DNA of 64,000 nucleotides from Eledone cirrhosa. Lineage: Eukaryota. The translations under genes were made by a program, and so were the position numbers. Below, piece by piece: positions 39,901 through 55,000 of this stretch. The stretch covers positions 8,184,001 to 8,248,000 of the forward strand of contig OZ024744.1 in assembly GCA_964016885.1 (NCBI GenBank), given 5' to 3'. Every line of letters begins with the position of its first letter. The stretch's first letter is position 1. The notes below the pieces were generated by a model. The model did not search any database, was not told the DNA's origin, and saw only the letters and a program-made list of their open reading frames with translations.

Positions 39901-42900
39901 CACCATACTAGGGTGGTGGATTGACAGTATTGTTAGAGGGTGTGACACCATACTAGGGTGCTGGATTGGTATTATTGGTAGAGGGTCTGACACCATACTA
40001 GGGTGGTGGCTTGTTACTATTGGTAGAGGGTGTGACACCATACTAGGGTGGTAGATTGGTAGTATTGGTAGATGGTGTGACACCATACTAGGGTGGTGGA
40101 TTGGTAGTATAAGTAGAGGGTGTGACACCATACTAGGGTGGTGGATTGGTAGTATAGGTAGAGGGTGTGACAACATGTTAGCGTGGTGGATTGGTAGTAT
40201 TGGTAGAGGATGTGACACCAAACTAGGGTGGTCATTGATAGTATAGGTAGAGGGTGTGAAAACATGTTAGAATGGTAGATTGGTAGTATAGGTAGAGGGT
40301 GTGACACCATACTAGGGTGGTGGATTGGTAGTGTTGGTAGAGGGTGTGACACCATACTAGGGTGGTGGATTGGTAGTATAGGTAGAGGGTGTGATACCAT
40401 ACTAGGGTGGTTGATTGACAGTATACGTAGAGGGTGTGACACCATACTAGGGTGGTGGATTGGTAGTATTGGTAGAGGGTGTGACACCATACTAGGGTGG
40501 TGGATTGGTAGTATAGGTAGAGGGTGTGACACCATACTAGGGTGGTAGATTGGTAGTATAGGTAGAGGGTGTGACACCATGTTAGGGTGGTGGATTGGTA
40601 GTATTGGTAGGGTGTGTGAAAACATGTTAGTATGGTAGATTGGTAGTATAGGTAGAGGGTGTGACACCATTCTAGGGTGGTGGATTGGTAGTATATGTAG
40701 AGTGTGTGACAACATACTTGGGTGGTAGATTGGTAGTATAGGTAGAGGGTGTGACAGCATACTAGGGTGGTGGATTGGCAGTATAGGTAGAGGGTGTGAC
40801 ACCATTCTAGGGTGGTGGATTGGTAGTATATGTAGAGTGTGTGACAACATACTTGGGTGGTAGATTGGTAGTATAGGTAGAGGGCGTGACACGATGTTAG
40901 GGTGTTAGATTGGTAGTATAGGTAGAGAGTGTGACACCATACTAGGGTGGTGGGTTGGTAGTATAGGTAGAGGGTGTGACACCATACTAGGGTGGTGGAT
41001 TGGTAGTAATGGTAGAGGATGTGACACCATACCAGGTGGTGGATTGTAGTATTGGTAGAGGGTGTGACACCATACTAGGGTGGTGGGTTGGTAGTATTGG
41101 TAGAGGGTCTGACACCATGTTAGGATGGTGGATTGGTAGTATTGGTAGAAGGTGTGACACCATACTAGGGTGGTGGATTGGTAGTATAGGTAGAAGGTGT
41201 GACACAATACTAGGGTGGTAGATTGGTAGTATAGGTAGAGGGTGTGACACCATACTAGGGTGGTGGATTGGTAGTATATGTAGAGGGTGAGACAACATGT
41301 TTGGGTGGTGGATTGGTAGTATTGGTAGAGGATGTGACACCAAACTAGGGTGGTGGATTGGTAGTATAGGTAGAGGGTGTGACACCATGTTAGGGTGGTG
41401 GATTGGTAGTATTGGTAGAGGGTGTGAAAACATGTCTGGATGGTAGATTGGTAGTATAGGTAGAGGGTGTGCCAACATACTATGGTGGTGGATTGGTAGT
41501 GTACGTAGAGGGTGTGACACCATACTAGGCTGGTAGATTGGTAGTATTGGTAGAAAATGTGTCACCATACTAGGGTGGTGGATTGGTAGTATTGGTAGAG
41601 GGTGTGACACCATGTTAGGGTGGTGGATTGGTAGTATAGTTAGAGGGTGTGACACCATAATAGGGTGGTGTATTGCTAGTATAGGTAGAGGGTATGTCAC
41701 CATACTAGGGTGGTGGATTGGTAGTATTGGTAGTGGGTCTAACACCATGTTAGGATGGTGGATTGGTAGTATTGGTAGAGGGTGTGACACCATACTAGGG
41801 TGGTAGATTGGTGGTATAGGTAGAGGGTCTGACACCATGTTAGGATGGTGGATTGGTAGTATTGGTAGAGGGTGTGACACCATACTAGTGTGGTGGTTTG
41901 GTAGTATAGGTAGAAGGTGTGACACCATACTAGGGTGGTAGATTGGTAGTATAGGTAGAGAGTTTGATACCATACTAGGGTGGTGGATTGGGAGTATTGG
42001 TAGAGGGTGTGACACCATGTTAGGGTGGTAGATTGGTATTATTGGTATAGGGTGTGACACCATACTAGGGTGGTAGATAGGTAGTACAGGTAGAGGGTCT
42101 GACACCATACTAGGGTGGTGGATTGGTAGTATAGGTAGAGGGTGTGACACCATACTAGGGTGGTGGATTGGTAGTATAGGTAGAGGGTGTGACACCATAC
42201 TAGGGTGGTGGATTAGTAGTATTGGTAGAGGGTCTGACACCATGTTAGGATGGTGGATTGGTAGTATTGGTAGAAGGTGTGACACCATACTAGCGTGGTG
42301 GATTGGTAGTATAGGTAGAAGGCGTGACACAATACTAGGGTGGTAGATTGGTAGTATAGGTAGAGGGTGTGACACCATACTAGGGTGGTGGATTGGTAGT
42401 ATATGTAGAGGGTGAGACAACATGTTAGGGTGGTGGATTGGTAGTATTGGTAGAGGATGTGACACCAAACTAGGGTGGTGGATTGGTAGTATAGGTAGAG
42501 GGTGTGACACCATACTAGGGTGGTAGATTGGTCGTATAGGTAGAGGGTGTGAAAACATGTTAGGATGGTAGATTGGTAGTATAGGTAGAGGGTGTGACAC
42601 CATACTATGGTGGTGGATTGGTAGTATTGGTAGAGGGTGTGACACCATACTAGTGTGTGGATTGGTAGTATAGGTAGATGGTGTGACACCATGTTAGGGT
42701 GGTGGATTGGTAGTATTGGTAGAGGGTGTGAAAACATGTCTGGATGGTAGATTGGTAGTATAGGTAGAGGGTGTGACACCATACCAGGTGGTGGATTGGT
42801 AGTATAGGTAGAGGGTGTGACACCATACTAGGGTGGTGGAATGGTAGTATTGTTAGAGGGTGTGACACCATACTAGGGTGGTTGATTGGTAGTATAGGTA

Positions 42901-45865
42901 GAGGGCCTGACACCATACTAGGGTGGTGGATTGGTAGTATTGGTAGAGGGTGTGATACCATACTAGGGAGGTGGATTGACAGTATTGGTAGAGGGTGTGA
43001 CACCATACTAGGGTGGTGGATTGGTAGTATTGGTAGAGGTTCTGACACCATACTAGGGTGGTAGATTTGTAGTATAGGTAGATGGTGTGACACCATACTA
43101 GGGTGGTGGATTGGTAGTATAGGTAGAGGGTGTGACACCATACAAGGGTGGTAGATTGGTAGTATTGGAAGAGGGTGTGTCACAATGGTAGGCTGGTGGA
43201 TTGGTAGTATTGGTAGAGGGTGTGACACCATACTAGGGTGGTGGATTGGTAGTATAGGTAGAGGGTGTGACACCATACTAGGGTGGTAGATAGGTGGTAT
43301 AGGTAGAGGGTGTTACACGATATTAGGGTGGTGGATTGGTAGTATAGGTAGAGGGTGTGACACCATACCAGGTGGTGGATTGGTAGTATAGGTAGAGGGT
43401 GTGACACCATACTAGGGTGGTGGATTGGTTGTATTGGTAGAGGGTGTGACACCATACTAGGGTGGTGGATTAGTAGTATAGGTAGAGGATGTGACAGCAT
43501 ACTAGGGTCGTGGATTGGTAGTATAGGTAGAGGGTGTGACACCATACTAGGGTGGTATATTGGTAGTATAGGTAGAGGGTGTGACACTATACTAGGGTGG
43601 TGGATTGTAGTATTGGTAGAGGGTGTGACACCATACTAGGGTGGTGGGTTGGTAGTATTGGTAGAGGGTCTGACACCATGTTAGGATGGTGGATTGGTAG
43701 TATTGGTAGAGGGTGTGACACCATACTAGGGTGGTGGATTGGTAGTATAGGTAGAAGGTGTGACACAATACTAGGGTGGTAGATTGGTAGTATAGGTAGA
43801 GTGTGTGACACCATACTAGGGTGGTAGATTGGTAGTACAGGTAGAGGGTGTGAAAACATGTTAGGATGGAAGATTGGTAGTATAGGTAGAGGGTGTGACA
43901 CCATACTAGACCTGGTAGATTGGTAGTATTGGTAGAAAATGTGTCACCAAACTAGGGTGGTGGATTGGTAGTATAGGTAGAGGGTGTGACACCATACTAT
44001 GGTGGTGGATTGGTAGTGTACGTAGAGGGTGTGACACCATACTAGGCTGGTAGATTGGTAGTATTGGTAGAAAATGTGTCACCATACTAGGGTGGTGGAT
44101 TAGTAGTATTGGTAGAGGGTATGACACCATGTTAGGGTGGTGGATTGGTAGTATAGGTAGAGGGTGTGACACCATAATAGGGTGGTGTATTGCTAGTATA
44201 GGTAGAGGGTATGTCACCATACTAGGGTGGTAGATTGGTAGTATTGGAAGAGGGTGTGTCACCATGGTAGGCTGGTGGATTGGTAGTATAGGTAGAGAGT
44301 GTGATACCATACTAGGGTGGTGGATTGGGAGTATTGGTAGAGGGTGTGACACCATGTTAGGGTGGTAGATTGGTAGTATTGGTAGAGGGTGTGACACCAT
44401 ACTATGGTGGTGGATTAGTTATATTGGTAGAGGGTGTGACACCATACTAGGGTGGTGGATTGGTAGTATTGGTAGAGGGTGGGACACCATACTAGTGTGG
44501 TGGATTGGTAGTATAGGTAGATGGTGTGACAGCATACTAGGTTGGTGTATTGGTAGTATAGGTAGAGGGTATGACACCATACTAGGGTGGTGGATTGGTA
44601 GTATAGCTGGAGGGTGTGACACCATACTAGGGTGGTGGATTGGTATTATAGGTAGAAGGTGTGACACTATACTAGGGTGGTAGATTGGTAGTATAGGTAG
44701 AGGGTGTGATACCATACTTGGGTGGTGGATTGGTAGTATAGGTAGAGGGTGAGATAACATGTTAGGGTGGTGGATTGGTAGTATTGGTAGAGGATGTGAC
44801 ACCAAACTAGGGTGGTGGATTGGTAGTATAGGTAGAGGGTGTAACACCATACTAGGGTGGTAGATTGGTAGTATAGGTAGAGGGGGTGAAAACATGTTAG
44901 GATGGTAGATTGGTAGTATAGGTAGATGGGGTGACACCATACTAGGGTGGTGGATTGGTAGTATTGGTAGAGGGTGTGATACCATACTAGGGTGGTGGAT
45001 TGGTAGTGTGGGTAGAGGGTGCGACACCATACTACAGTGGTAGATTGGTAGTATAGGGAGAGGGTGTGACACCATGTTAGGGTGGTGGATTGGTAGTATT
45101 GGTAGAGGATGTGAAAACATGTTAGGATGGTAGATTGGTAGTATAGGTAGAGGGTGCGACACCATACAAGGGTGGTGGATTGGTAGTGTACGTAGAGGGT
45201 GTGACAACATACTAGGGTGGTAGATTGGTAGTATTGGCAGAAAATGTGTCACCATACTAGGGTGGTGGATTGGTAGTATTGGTAGAGGGTATGTCACCAT
45301 GTTAGGGTGGTGGATTGGTAGTATAGCTAGAGGGTGTGACACCATAATAGGGTGGTGTATTGGTAGTACAGGTAGAGGGTATGTCACCATACTAGGGTGG
45401 TGGATTGGTAGTATTGGTAGAGGGTGTGACACCATGGTAAGTTGGTGGATTGGTAGTATTGGTAGAGGGTGTGACACCATACTAGGGTGGTGGATTGGTA
45501 GAAGGTGTGACACAATACTAGGGTAGTGGATTTGTAGTATTGGTAGAGTGTGTGACACCATGTTAGGGTGGTGGATTGGTAGTATTGGTAGAGGGTGTGA
45601 CACCATGTTAGGGTGGTGGATTGGTAGTATAGGTAAAGGATTGACACCATGTTAGGGTGGCTGATTGGTAGAATTGGAAGAGGGTGTGTCACAATGGTAG
45701 GCTGGTGGATTGGTAGTATATGTAGAGAGTGTGACACCATACTAGGGTGGTGGATTGGTAGTATTGGTAGAGGGTGTGACACCATGTTTGGGTGGTAGAT
45801 AGGTAGTACAGGTAGAGGGTCTGAGACCATACTAGGGTGGTGTATTGGTAGTATAGGTAGAGGCT

Positions 45866-47295
45866 GTGACACCATATTAGGGTGGTGGATTGGTAGTATA
45901 GGTAGAGGGTGTGACACCATACTAGGGTGGTGAATTGGTAGTATTGGTAGAGGGTGTGACACCATGTTAGGGTGGTGGATTGGTAGTATAGGTAGAGGGT
46001 GTAACACCATACTAGGGTAGTGGATTGGTAGTATATGTAGAGGGTGTGACACCATACTAGGGTGGTAGATTGGTAGTATAGGTAGAGGGTGTGACACCAT
46101 ACTAGGGTGGTGGATTGGTAGTATAGGTAGAGGGTGTGACACCATGTTAGGTTGGTGGATTGGTGGAATAGGTAGAGGGTGTGACACCATACTAGGGTGG
46201 TAGATTGTTAGTATAGGTAGAGGGTGTGACACCATACTAGTGTGGTGGATTGGTAGTATTGGTAGAGGGTGTGACACCATACTAGGTTGGTAGATTGGTA
46301 GCACTGGTAGAGGGTGTGACAGTATACTTGGGTGGTGGATTGGTAGTATAGGGAGAGGGTGTGACACCATAGTAGGGTGGTGGATTGGTAGTATCGGTAG
46401 AGGGTGTGACACCATACTAGAGTGGTGATTGGTTGTATAGATAGAAGGTGTGACACCATACTAGGGTGGTAGATTGGTAGTATTGTTTGAAGGTGTGTCA
46501 CCATACTAGTGTGGTGGATTGGTAGTATAGGTAGAGTGTGTGACAGCATACTAGGGTGGTGGATTGGTAGTATAGGTAGAGGGTGTGACACCATATTAGG
46601 GTGGTGGATTGGTAGTATAGGTAGAGGGTGTGACACCATACTAGGGTGGTGAATTGGTAGTATTGGTAGAGGGTGTGACACCATGTTAGGGTGGTGGATT
46701 GGTAGTATAGGTAGAGGGTGTAACACCATACTAGGGTAGTGGATTGGTAGTATATGTAGAGGGTGTGACACCATACTAGGGTGGTAGATTGGTAGTATAG
46801 GTAGAGGGTGTGACACCATACTAGGGTGGTGGATTGGTAGTATAGGTAGAGGGTGTGACACCATGTTAGGTTGGTGGATTGGTGGAATAGGTAGAGGGTG
46901 TGACACCATACTAGGGTGGTAGATTGTTAGTATAGGTAGAGGGTGTGACACCATACTAGTGTGGTGGATTGGTAGTATTGGTAGAGGGTGTGACACCATA
47001 CTAGGTTGGTAGATTGGTAGCACTGGTAGAGGGTGTGACAGTATACTTGGGTGGTGGATTGGTAGTATAGGTAGAGGGTGTGACACCATAGTAGGGTGGT
47101 GGATTGGTAGTATTGGTAGAGGGTGTGACACCATACTAGAGTGGTGATTGGTTGTATAGATAGAAGGTGTGACACCATACTAGGGTGGTAGATTGGTAGT
47201 ATTGTTTGAAGGTGTGTCACCATACTAGTGTGGTGGATTGGTAGTATAGGTAGAGTGTGTGACACCATACTAGGGTGGTGGATTGGTAGTATAGG
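45866..47295 (+). repeat. 719-bp tandem duplication (16 monomers, one of 44 bp)
   Basis: CCATATTAGG at 45872/46591, TATTGTTTGAAGGTGTGTCA at 46481/47200, ORF starts 46415/47134. Confidence 0.92.
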
Positions 47296-49049
47296 TCGAG
47301 GGTGTGAGACGATACTAGGGTGGTGGATTGGTAGTATTGGTAGAGGGTGTGACTCCATACTAGGGTGGTGGATTGGTAGTACAGGTAGAGGGTGTGACAT
47401 CATACCAGGGTGGTAGATTGGTAGTATAGGTACAGGGTGTGACACCATACTATGGTGGTGCATTGGTTATATTGGTAGAGGGTGTGACACCATACTAGGG
47501 TGGTGGATTGGTAGTATTGGTAGAGGGTGTGAAACCATACTAGTGTGGCAGATTGGTAGTATAGGTAGAGGGTGTTACACCATACTAGGGTGGTGGATTG
47601 GTAGTATAGGTAGATGGTGTGACAGCATACTAGGTTGGTGTATTGGTAGTATAGGTAGAGGGTATGACACAATACTAGGGTGGTGGATTGGTAGTATAGG
47701 TAGAGGGTGAGACACCATACTAGGGTGGTGGATTGGTAGTTTAGTTAGAGGGTGTGACACCATACTAGGGTGGTGGATTGGTAGTATTGGTAGAGGGTCT
47801 GAAACCATGTTAGGATGGTGGATTGGTAGTATTGGTAGAAGGTGTGACACCATACTAGGGTGGTGGATTGGTAGTATAGGTAGAAGGTGTGACACAATAC
47901 TAGGGTGGTAGATTGGTAGTATAGGTAGAGGGTGAGACAACATGTTAGGGTGGTGGATTGGTAGTATTGGTAGAGGATGTGACACCAAACTAGGGTGGTG
48001 GATTGGTAGTATAGGTAGAGGGTGTGACACCATACTAGGGTGGTAGATTGGTAGTATAGGTAGAGGGTGTGAAAACATGTTAGGATGGTAGATTGGTAGT
48101 ATAGGTAGAGGGTGTGACACCATACTAGGGTGGTGGATTGGTAGTATTGGTAGAGGGTGTGATACCATACTAGGGTGGTGGATTGGTAGTATAGGTAGAG
48201 GGTGTGACACCATACTAGGGTGGTAGATTGGTAGTATAGGTAGAGGGTGTGACACCATGTTAGGGTGGTGGATTGGTAGTATTGGTAGAGGATGTGAAAA
48301 CATGTTAGGATGGTAGATTGGTAGTATAGGTAGAGGGTGTGACACCATACTAGGGTGGTGGATTGGTAGTGTACGTAGAGGGTGTGACACCATACTAGGG
48401 TGGTAGATTGGTAGTATTGGTAGAAAATGTGTCACCATACTAGGGTGGTGGATTGGTAGTATTGGTAGAGGGTGTGACACCATGTTAAGGTGGTGGTTTG
48501 GTAGTATAGCTAAAGGGTGTGACACCATAACAGGGTGGTGTATTGGTAGAACAGGTAGAGGGTATGTCACCATACTAGGGTGGTGGATTGGTAGTATTGG
48601 TAGAGGGTGTGACACCATACTAGGGTGCTAGTTTGGTAGTATAGGTAGAGGGTCTGACACCATGTTAGGATGGTGGATTGGTAGTATTGGTAGAATGTGT
48701 GACACCATACTAGGGTGGTGGATTGGTAGTATAGGTAGAAGGTGTGACACCATACTAGGGTGGTAGATTGGTAGTATAGGTAGAGGGTGTGACACCATGT
48801 TAGGATGGTAGATTGGTACTATAGGTAGAGGGTGTGACACCATACTAGGGTGGTAGATTGGTAGTATTGGAAGAGGGTGTGTCACCATACTAGGGTGGTG
48901 GATTGGTAGTATAGGTAGAGGTTTTGATACCATACTATGGTGGTGGATAGGTAGTATTGGTAGAGGGTGTGACAACATACTAGGGTGGTAGATTGGTAGT
49001 ATAGGTAGAGGGTGTGACACCATACTAGGGTGGTGGATTGGTAGTATAT

Positions 49050-52000
49050 GTAGAGGGTGTGACACCATACTAGGGTGGTGGATTGGTAGTAGTGGTAGGG
49101 GTCTTACACCATACTAGGGTGGTGGATTGGTAGTATAGGTAGAGGGTGTGACACCATGTTAGGGTGGTGGATTGGTAGTATAGGTAGTGGGTGTGACACC
49201 ATACTAGGGTGGTAGATTGTTAGTATTGGTAGAGATTGTGACACCATACTAGGGTGGTGGATTGACAGTATTGGTAGAGGGTGTGACACCATGCTAGGGT
49301 GGTGGATTGGTAGTATAGGTAGAGGGTGTGACAACATGTTAGGGTGGTGGATTTGTAGTATTGGTAGAGGATGTGACACCAAACTAGGGTGGTGGATCGG
49401 TAGTATAGGTAGAGGGTGTGACACCATACTAGGTGGTGGATTGGTAGTATAGGTAGAGGGTGTGAAACCATACTAGGGTGGTAGATTGGCAGTATTGGTA
49501 TAGGGTGTGACACCATACTAGGGTGGTGGATTGGTAGTATTGGTAGAGGGTGTGACACCATACTAGTGTGGTGGATTGGTAGTATAGGTAGAGGGTGTGA
49601 CACCATACTAGGGTGGTAGATTGGTAGTATAGGTAGAGGGTGTGACACCATGTTAGGGTGGTGGATTGGTAGTATTGGTAGAGGGTGTGACACCATACTA
49701 GGGTGGTGGATTGGTAGTATATGTAAAGGGTGTGACACTATACTAGGGTGGTAGATTGGTAGTATTGGTAGAGGGTGTGTCACCATACTAGGGTGGTGGA
49801 TTTGTAGTATTGGTAGAGGGTGTGACACCATGATAGGGTGGTGGATTGGTAGTATAGGTAGAGGCTGTGACAGCATACTAGGGTGGTGTAATGGTAGTAT
49901 AGGTAGAGGGTTTGACACCATACTAGGGTGGTGGATTTGTAGTATTGGTAGAGGGTCAGACAGCATGTTAGCATGGTGGATTGTTAGTATTGGTAGAGGG
50001 TGTGACACCAAACTAGATTGGTAGTATTGGAAGAGGGTGTGTCACCATGGTAGGCTGTTGGATTGGTAGTATTGGTAGAGGGTGTGACACCATACTAGTG
50101 TGGTGGATTGGTAGTATTGTTAGAGGGTTTGACACCATACTAGGGTGGTGGATTGGTAGTATAGGTAGAGGTTTTGATACCATACTATGGTGGTGGATTG
50201 GTAGTATTGGTAGAGGGTGTGACAACATACTAGGGTGGTAGATTGGTAGTATAGGTAGAGGGTGTGACACCATACTAGGGTGGTGGATTGGTAGTATATG
50301 TAGAGGGTGTGACACCATACTAGGGTGGTGGATTGGTAGTATAGGTAGCGGGTGTGACACCATGTTAGGGTGGTGGATTGGTAGTATAGGTAGTGGGTGT
50401 GACACCATACTAGGGTGGTAGATTGTTAGTATTGGTAGAGATTGTGACAACATACTAGGGTGGTGGATTGACAGTATTGGTAGAGGGTGTGACACCATGC
50501 TAGGGTGGTGGATTGGTAGTATAGGTAGAGGGTGTGACAACATGTTAGGGTGGTGGATTGGTAGTATTGGTAGAGGATGTGACACCAAACTAGGGTGGAG
50601 GATTGGTAGTATAGGTAGAGGGTGTGACACCATACTAGGTGATGGATTGGTAGTATAGGTAGAGGGTGTGAAACCATACTAGTGTGGTAGATTGGCAGTA
50701 TTGGTATAGGGTGTGACACCATACTAAGGTGGTAGATTGGTAGTATTGGTAGAGGGTGTGACACCATACTAGGGTGGTGGATTGGTAGAGGGGTTGACAC
50801 CATACTAGAGTGGTGGATTGGCAGTATAGGTAGAGGGTCTGACGCCATACCAGGATGGTGGATTGGTAGTATAGTTAGAGAGTGTGACACCATACTAGGG
50901 TGGTAGATTGGTAGTATTGGTAGAGCATGTGACACCATACTAGGTTGGTGGATTGGTAGTATAGTTAGAGGGTGTGACCCCATACTAGGGTGGTGGATTG
51001 GTAGTATATGTAGAGGGTGTGACACCATGTTAGGGTGGTGGATTGGTAGTATTTGTAGAGGGTGTGACACCATACTAGGGTGGTGGATTGGTAGTATAGG
51101 TAGAGGGTGTGACACCATACTAGGGTGGTAGATTGGTAGTATTGGTAGAGGGTGTTCACCATACTAGGGTGGTGGATTGGTAGTATTGGTAGAGGGTGTG
51201 ACACCATGTTAGGGTGGTGGATTGGTAGTATAGGTAGAGGGTGTGACACCATACTAGGGTGGTGGATTGGTAGTATAGGTAGAGGGTGTGACCGCATACT
51301 AGGGTGGTGTATTGGTAGTATTGGTAGAGGGTGTGACACCATACTAGGGTGGTGGATTGGTAGTATAGGTAGAGGCGGTGACACCATACTAGGTTGGTGG
51401 ATTGGTAGTATTGGGAGAGGATCTGACACCATGTTAGGGTGGTGGATTGGTAGTATTGGTAGAGGGTGTGACACCATACTAGGGTGGTGGATTGGCAGTA
51501 TAGGTAGAGGGTGTGACACCATACTAGTATGGTGGATTGGTAGTATTGGTACAGGGTGTGACACCATGTTAGGGTGCTGGATTGGTAGTATTGGTAGAGG
51601 GTGTGACACCATACTAGGGTGGTGGATTGGCAGTATAGGTAGAGGGTGTGACACCATACTAGTATGGTGGATTGGTAGTATTGGTACAGGGTGTGACACC
51701 ATGTTAGTGTGCTGGATTGGTAGTATTGGTAGAGGGTGTGACACCACATCAGGGTGGTAGATTGGTAGTATTGGTAGAGGGTGTGACACTATACTAGGGT
51801 GGTGGATTGGTAGTATTGGTAGAGGGTGTGACACCATACCAGGGTGGTGGATTGGTAGTATAGGTAGAGGGTTTGATACCATACTAGGGTGGTGGATTGA
51901 CAGTATAGGTAGAGGGTTTGATACCATACTAGGGTGGTGGATTGGTAGTATAGGTAGAGGGTGCGACACCATACTAGGGTGGTGGATTGCTAGTATAGGT

Positions 52001-55000
52001 AGAGGGTTTGATACCATACTAGGGTGGTGGATTGACAGTATAGGTAGAGGGTGCGACACCATACTAGGGTGGTGGATTGGTAGTATAGGTAGAGGGTGTG
52101 ACACCGTGTTAGGGTGGTGGATTGGCAGTATAGGTAGAGGGTGTGACACCGTGTTAGGGTGGTGGATTGACAGTATAGGTAGAGGGTGTGACACCATACT
52201 CTAGTGGTGGATTGGTAGTATTGGTAGAGGGTGTGACACTATACTCGTGTATGGATTGGTAGTATTGGTAGAGGGTGTGAAAACATGTTAGGATGGAAGA
52301 TTGGTAGTATAGGTAGAGGGTGTGACACCATACTAGGCTGGTAGATTGGTAGTATTGGTAGAAAATATGTCACCAAACTAGGGTGGTGGATTGGTAGTAT
52401 AGGTAGAGGGTGTGACACCATACTATGGTGGTGGATTGGTAGTGTACGTAGAGGGTGTGACACCATACTAGGCTGGTAGATTGGTAGTATCGGTAGAAAA
52501 TGTGTCACCATACTAGGGTGTTGGATTGGTAGTATTGGTAGTGGGTCTAACACCATGTTAGGATGGTGGATTGGTAGTATTGGTAGAGGGTGTGACACCA
52601 TACTAGGGTGGTAGATTGGTAGTATAAGTAGAGGGTGTGACACCATACTAGGGTGGTAGATTGGTAGTATTGGAAGAGGGTGTGTCACCATGGTAGGCTG
52701 GTGGATTGGTAGTATAGGTAGAGAGTGTGATACCATACTAGGGTGGTGGATTGGGTGTATTGGTAGAGGGTGTGACAGCATGTTAGGGTGGTAGATTGGT
52801 AGTATTGGTATAGGGTGTGACAACATACTAGGGTGGTAGATAGGTAGTACAGGTAGAGGGTCTGACACCATACTAGGGTGGTGTATTGGTAGTATATGTA
52901 GAGGGTGTGACACCATACTAGGGTGGTGGATTGGTAGTATATGTAGAGGGTGTGACACCATACTAGGGTGGTGGATTGGTAGTATTGGTAGAGGTTGTGA
53001 CACCATGTTAGGGTGGTGGATTGGTAGTATAGGTAGAGGGTGTGACACCATACTAGGGTGGTAGATTGGTAGTATAGGTAGAGGGTGTGACACCATACTA
53101 GGGTGGTGGATTGGTACTATAGGTAGAGGGTGTGACACTATGTTAGGTTGGTGGATTGGTAGTATAGGTAGAGGGTGTGACACCATATCAGGTGGTTGTT
53201 TGGTGGAATAGGTAGAGTGTGTGACACCATACTAGGGTGGTAGATTGTTAGTATAGGTAGAGGGTGTGACACCATACTAGTGTGGTGGATTGGTAGTATT
53301 GGTAGAGGGTGTGACACCATACTAGGTTGATAGATTGGTAGTACAGGTAGAGGGTGTGACAGTATACTTGGGTGGTGGATTGGTAGTATAGGTAGAGGGT
53401 GTGACACCATACTAGGGTGGTAGATTGGTAGTATTGGTAGAGGGTGTGACACCATACTAAGGTGGTGGATTGGTAGTATAGGTAGAGGGTGTGACACCAT
53501 ACGTGTGTGGTGGATTGTCAGTATTGGTAGAGGGTGTGACAGCATACTAGGTTGGTAGATTGGTAGTATAGGTAGAGGGTGTGACAGCATACTAGGGTGG
53601 TGGATTGGTAGTATAGGTAGAGGGTGTGACACCATACTAGGGTGGTAGATTGGTAGTATTGGAAGAGGGTGATTCACCATGGTAGGCTGGTGGATTGGTG
53701 GTATTGGTAGAGGGTGTGACACCATACTAGTGTGGTGGATTGGTAGTATAAGTAGAGGCTGTGACACCATACTAGGGTGGTAGATAGGTAGTATAGGTAG
53801 AGGGTGTGACACCATGTTAGGCTGGGGGATTGGTAGTATAGGTAGAGGGTGTGACACCATACCAGGTGGTGTATTGGTAGTATAGGTAGAGGGTGTGACA
53901 CCATACTAGTGTGGTGGATTGGTTGTATTGGTAGAGGGTGTGACACCATACTAGGGTGGTGGATTGGTATTATAGGTAGAGGGTGTGACAGCATACTCTG
54001 GTGGTGGATTGGTAGTATAGGTAGAGGGTGTGACACCATACGAGTGTGGTGGATTGACAGTATTGGTATAGGGTATGGCAGCATACTAGGGTGGTAGATT
54101 GGTAGTATAGGTAGAGGGTGTGACAGCATACTAGGGTGGTGGATTGGTAGTATAGGTAGAGGGTATGACACCATACAAGTGTGGTAGATTGGTAGTATTG
54201 GAAGAGGGTGTGTCACCATGGTAGGCTGGTGGATTGGTAGTATAGGTAGAGGGTGTGACAGCATACTCTGGTGGTGGATTGGTAGTATAGGTAGAGGGTG
54301 TGACACCATACTAGTGTGGTGGATTGGTAGTATTGGTAGAGGGTGTGACACCATACTAGGTTGGTAGATTGGTAGTACAGGTAGAGGGTGTGACAGTATA
54401 CTTGGGTGGTGGATTGGTAGTATAGGTAGAGGGTGGGACACCATACTAGGGTGGTAGATTGGTAGTATAGGTAGAGGGTGTGACACCATGTTAGGGTGGT
54501 GGATTGGTAGTATAGGTAGAGGGTGTGACACCATGTTAGGGTGGTAGATTGGTAGTATTGGTATAGGGTGTGACACCATACTAGGGTGGTAGATAAGTAG
54601 TATAGTTAGAGGGTCTGACACCATACTAGGGTGGTGGATTGGTAGTATAGGTAGAGGGTGTGACACCATACTAGGGTGGTGGATTGGTAGTATAGGTAGA
54701 GGGTGTGACACCATACTAGGATGGTGGATTGGTAGTATTGGTAGAGGGTGTGACACCATACTAGGGTGGTGTATTGGTAGTATAGATAGAGGGTGTGACA
54801 CCATACTAGGGTGGTAGATTGGTAGTATAGGTAGAGGGTGTGACACCATACTAGGGTGGTAGATAAGTAGTATAGTTACAGGGTCTGACACCATACTAGG
54901 GTGGTGGATTGGTAGTATAGGTAGAGGGTGTGACACCATGTTTGGTTGGTGGATTAGTAGTATAGGTAGTGGGTGTGACAACATATCAGGTGGTGGATTG

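Larger units (their letters stand above)
19900..41130 (+). repeat. Variable-length higher-order repeat array, about 6 copies of a 2.6-4.2 kb unit
   Basis: Marker GCGTGACACGATGTTAGGGT at 23701, 27521, 31698, 34386, 37029 and 40884 (spacings 3820, 4177, 2688, 2643, 3855). An identical 73-aa ORF occurs at 23804, 27624, 31801, 34489 and 37132. Confidence 0.93.
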
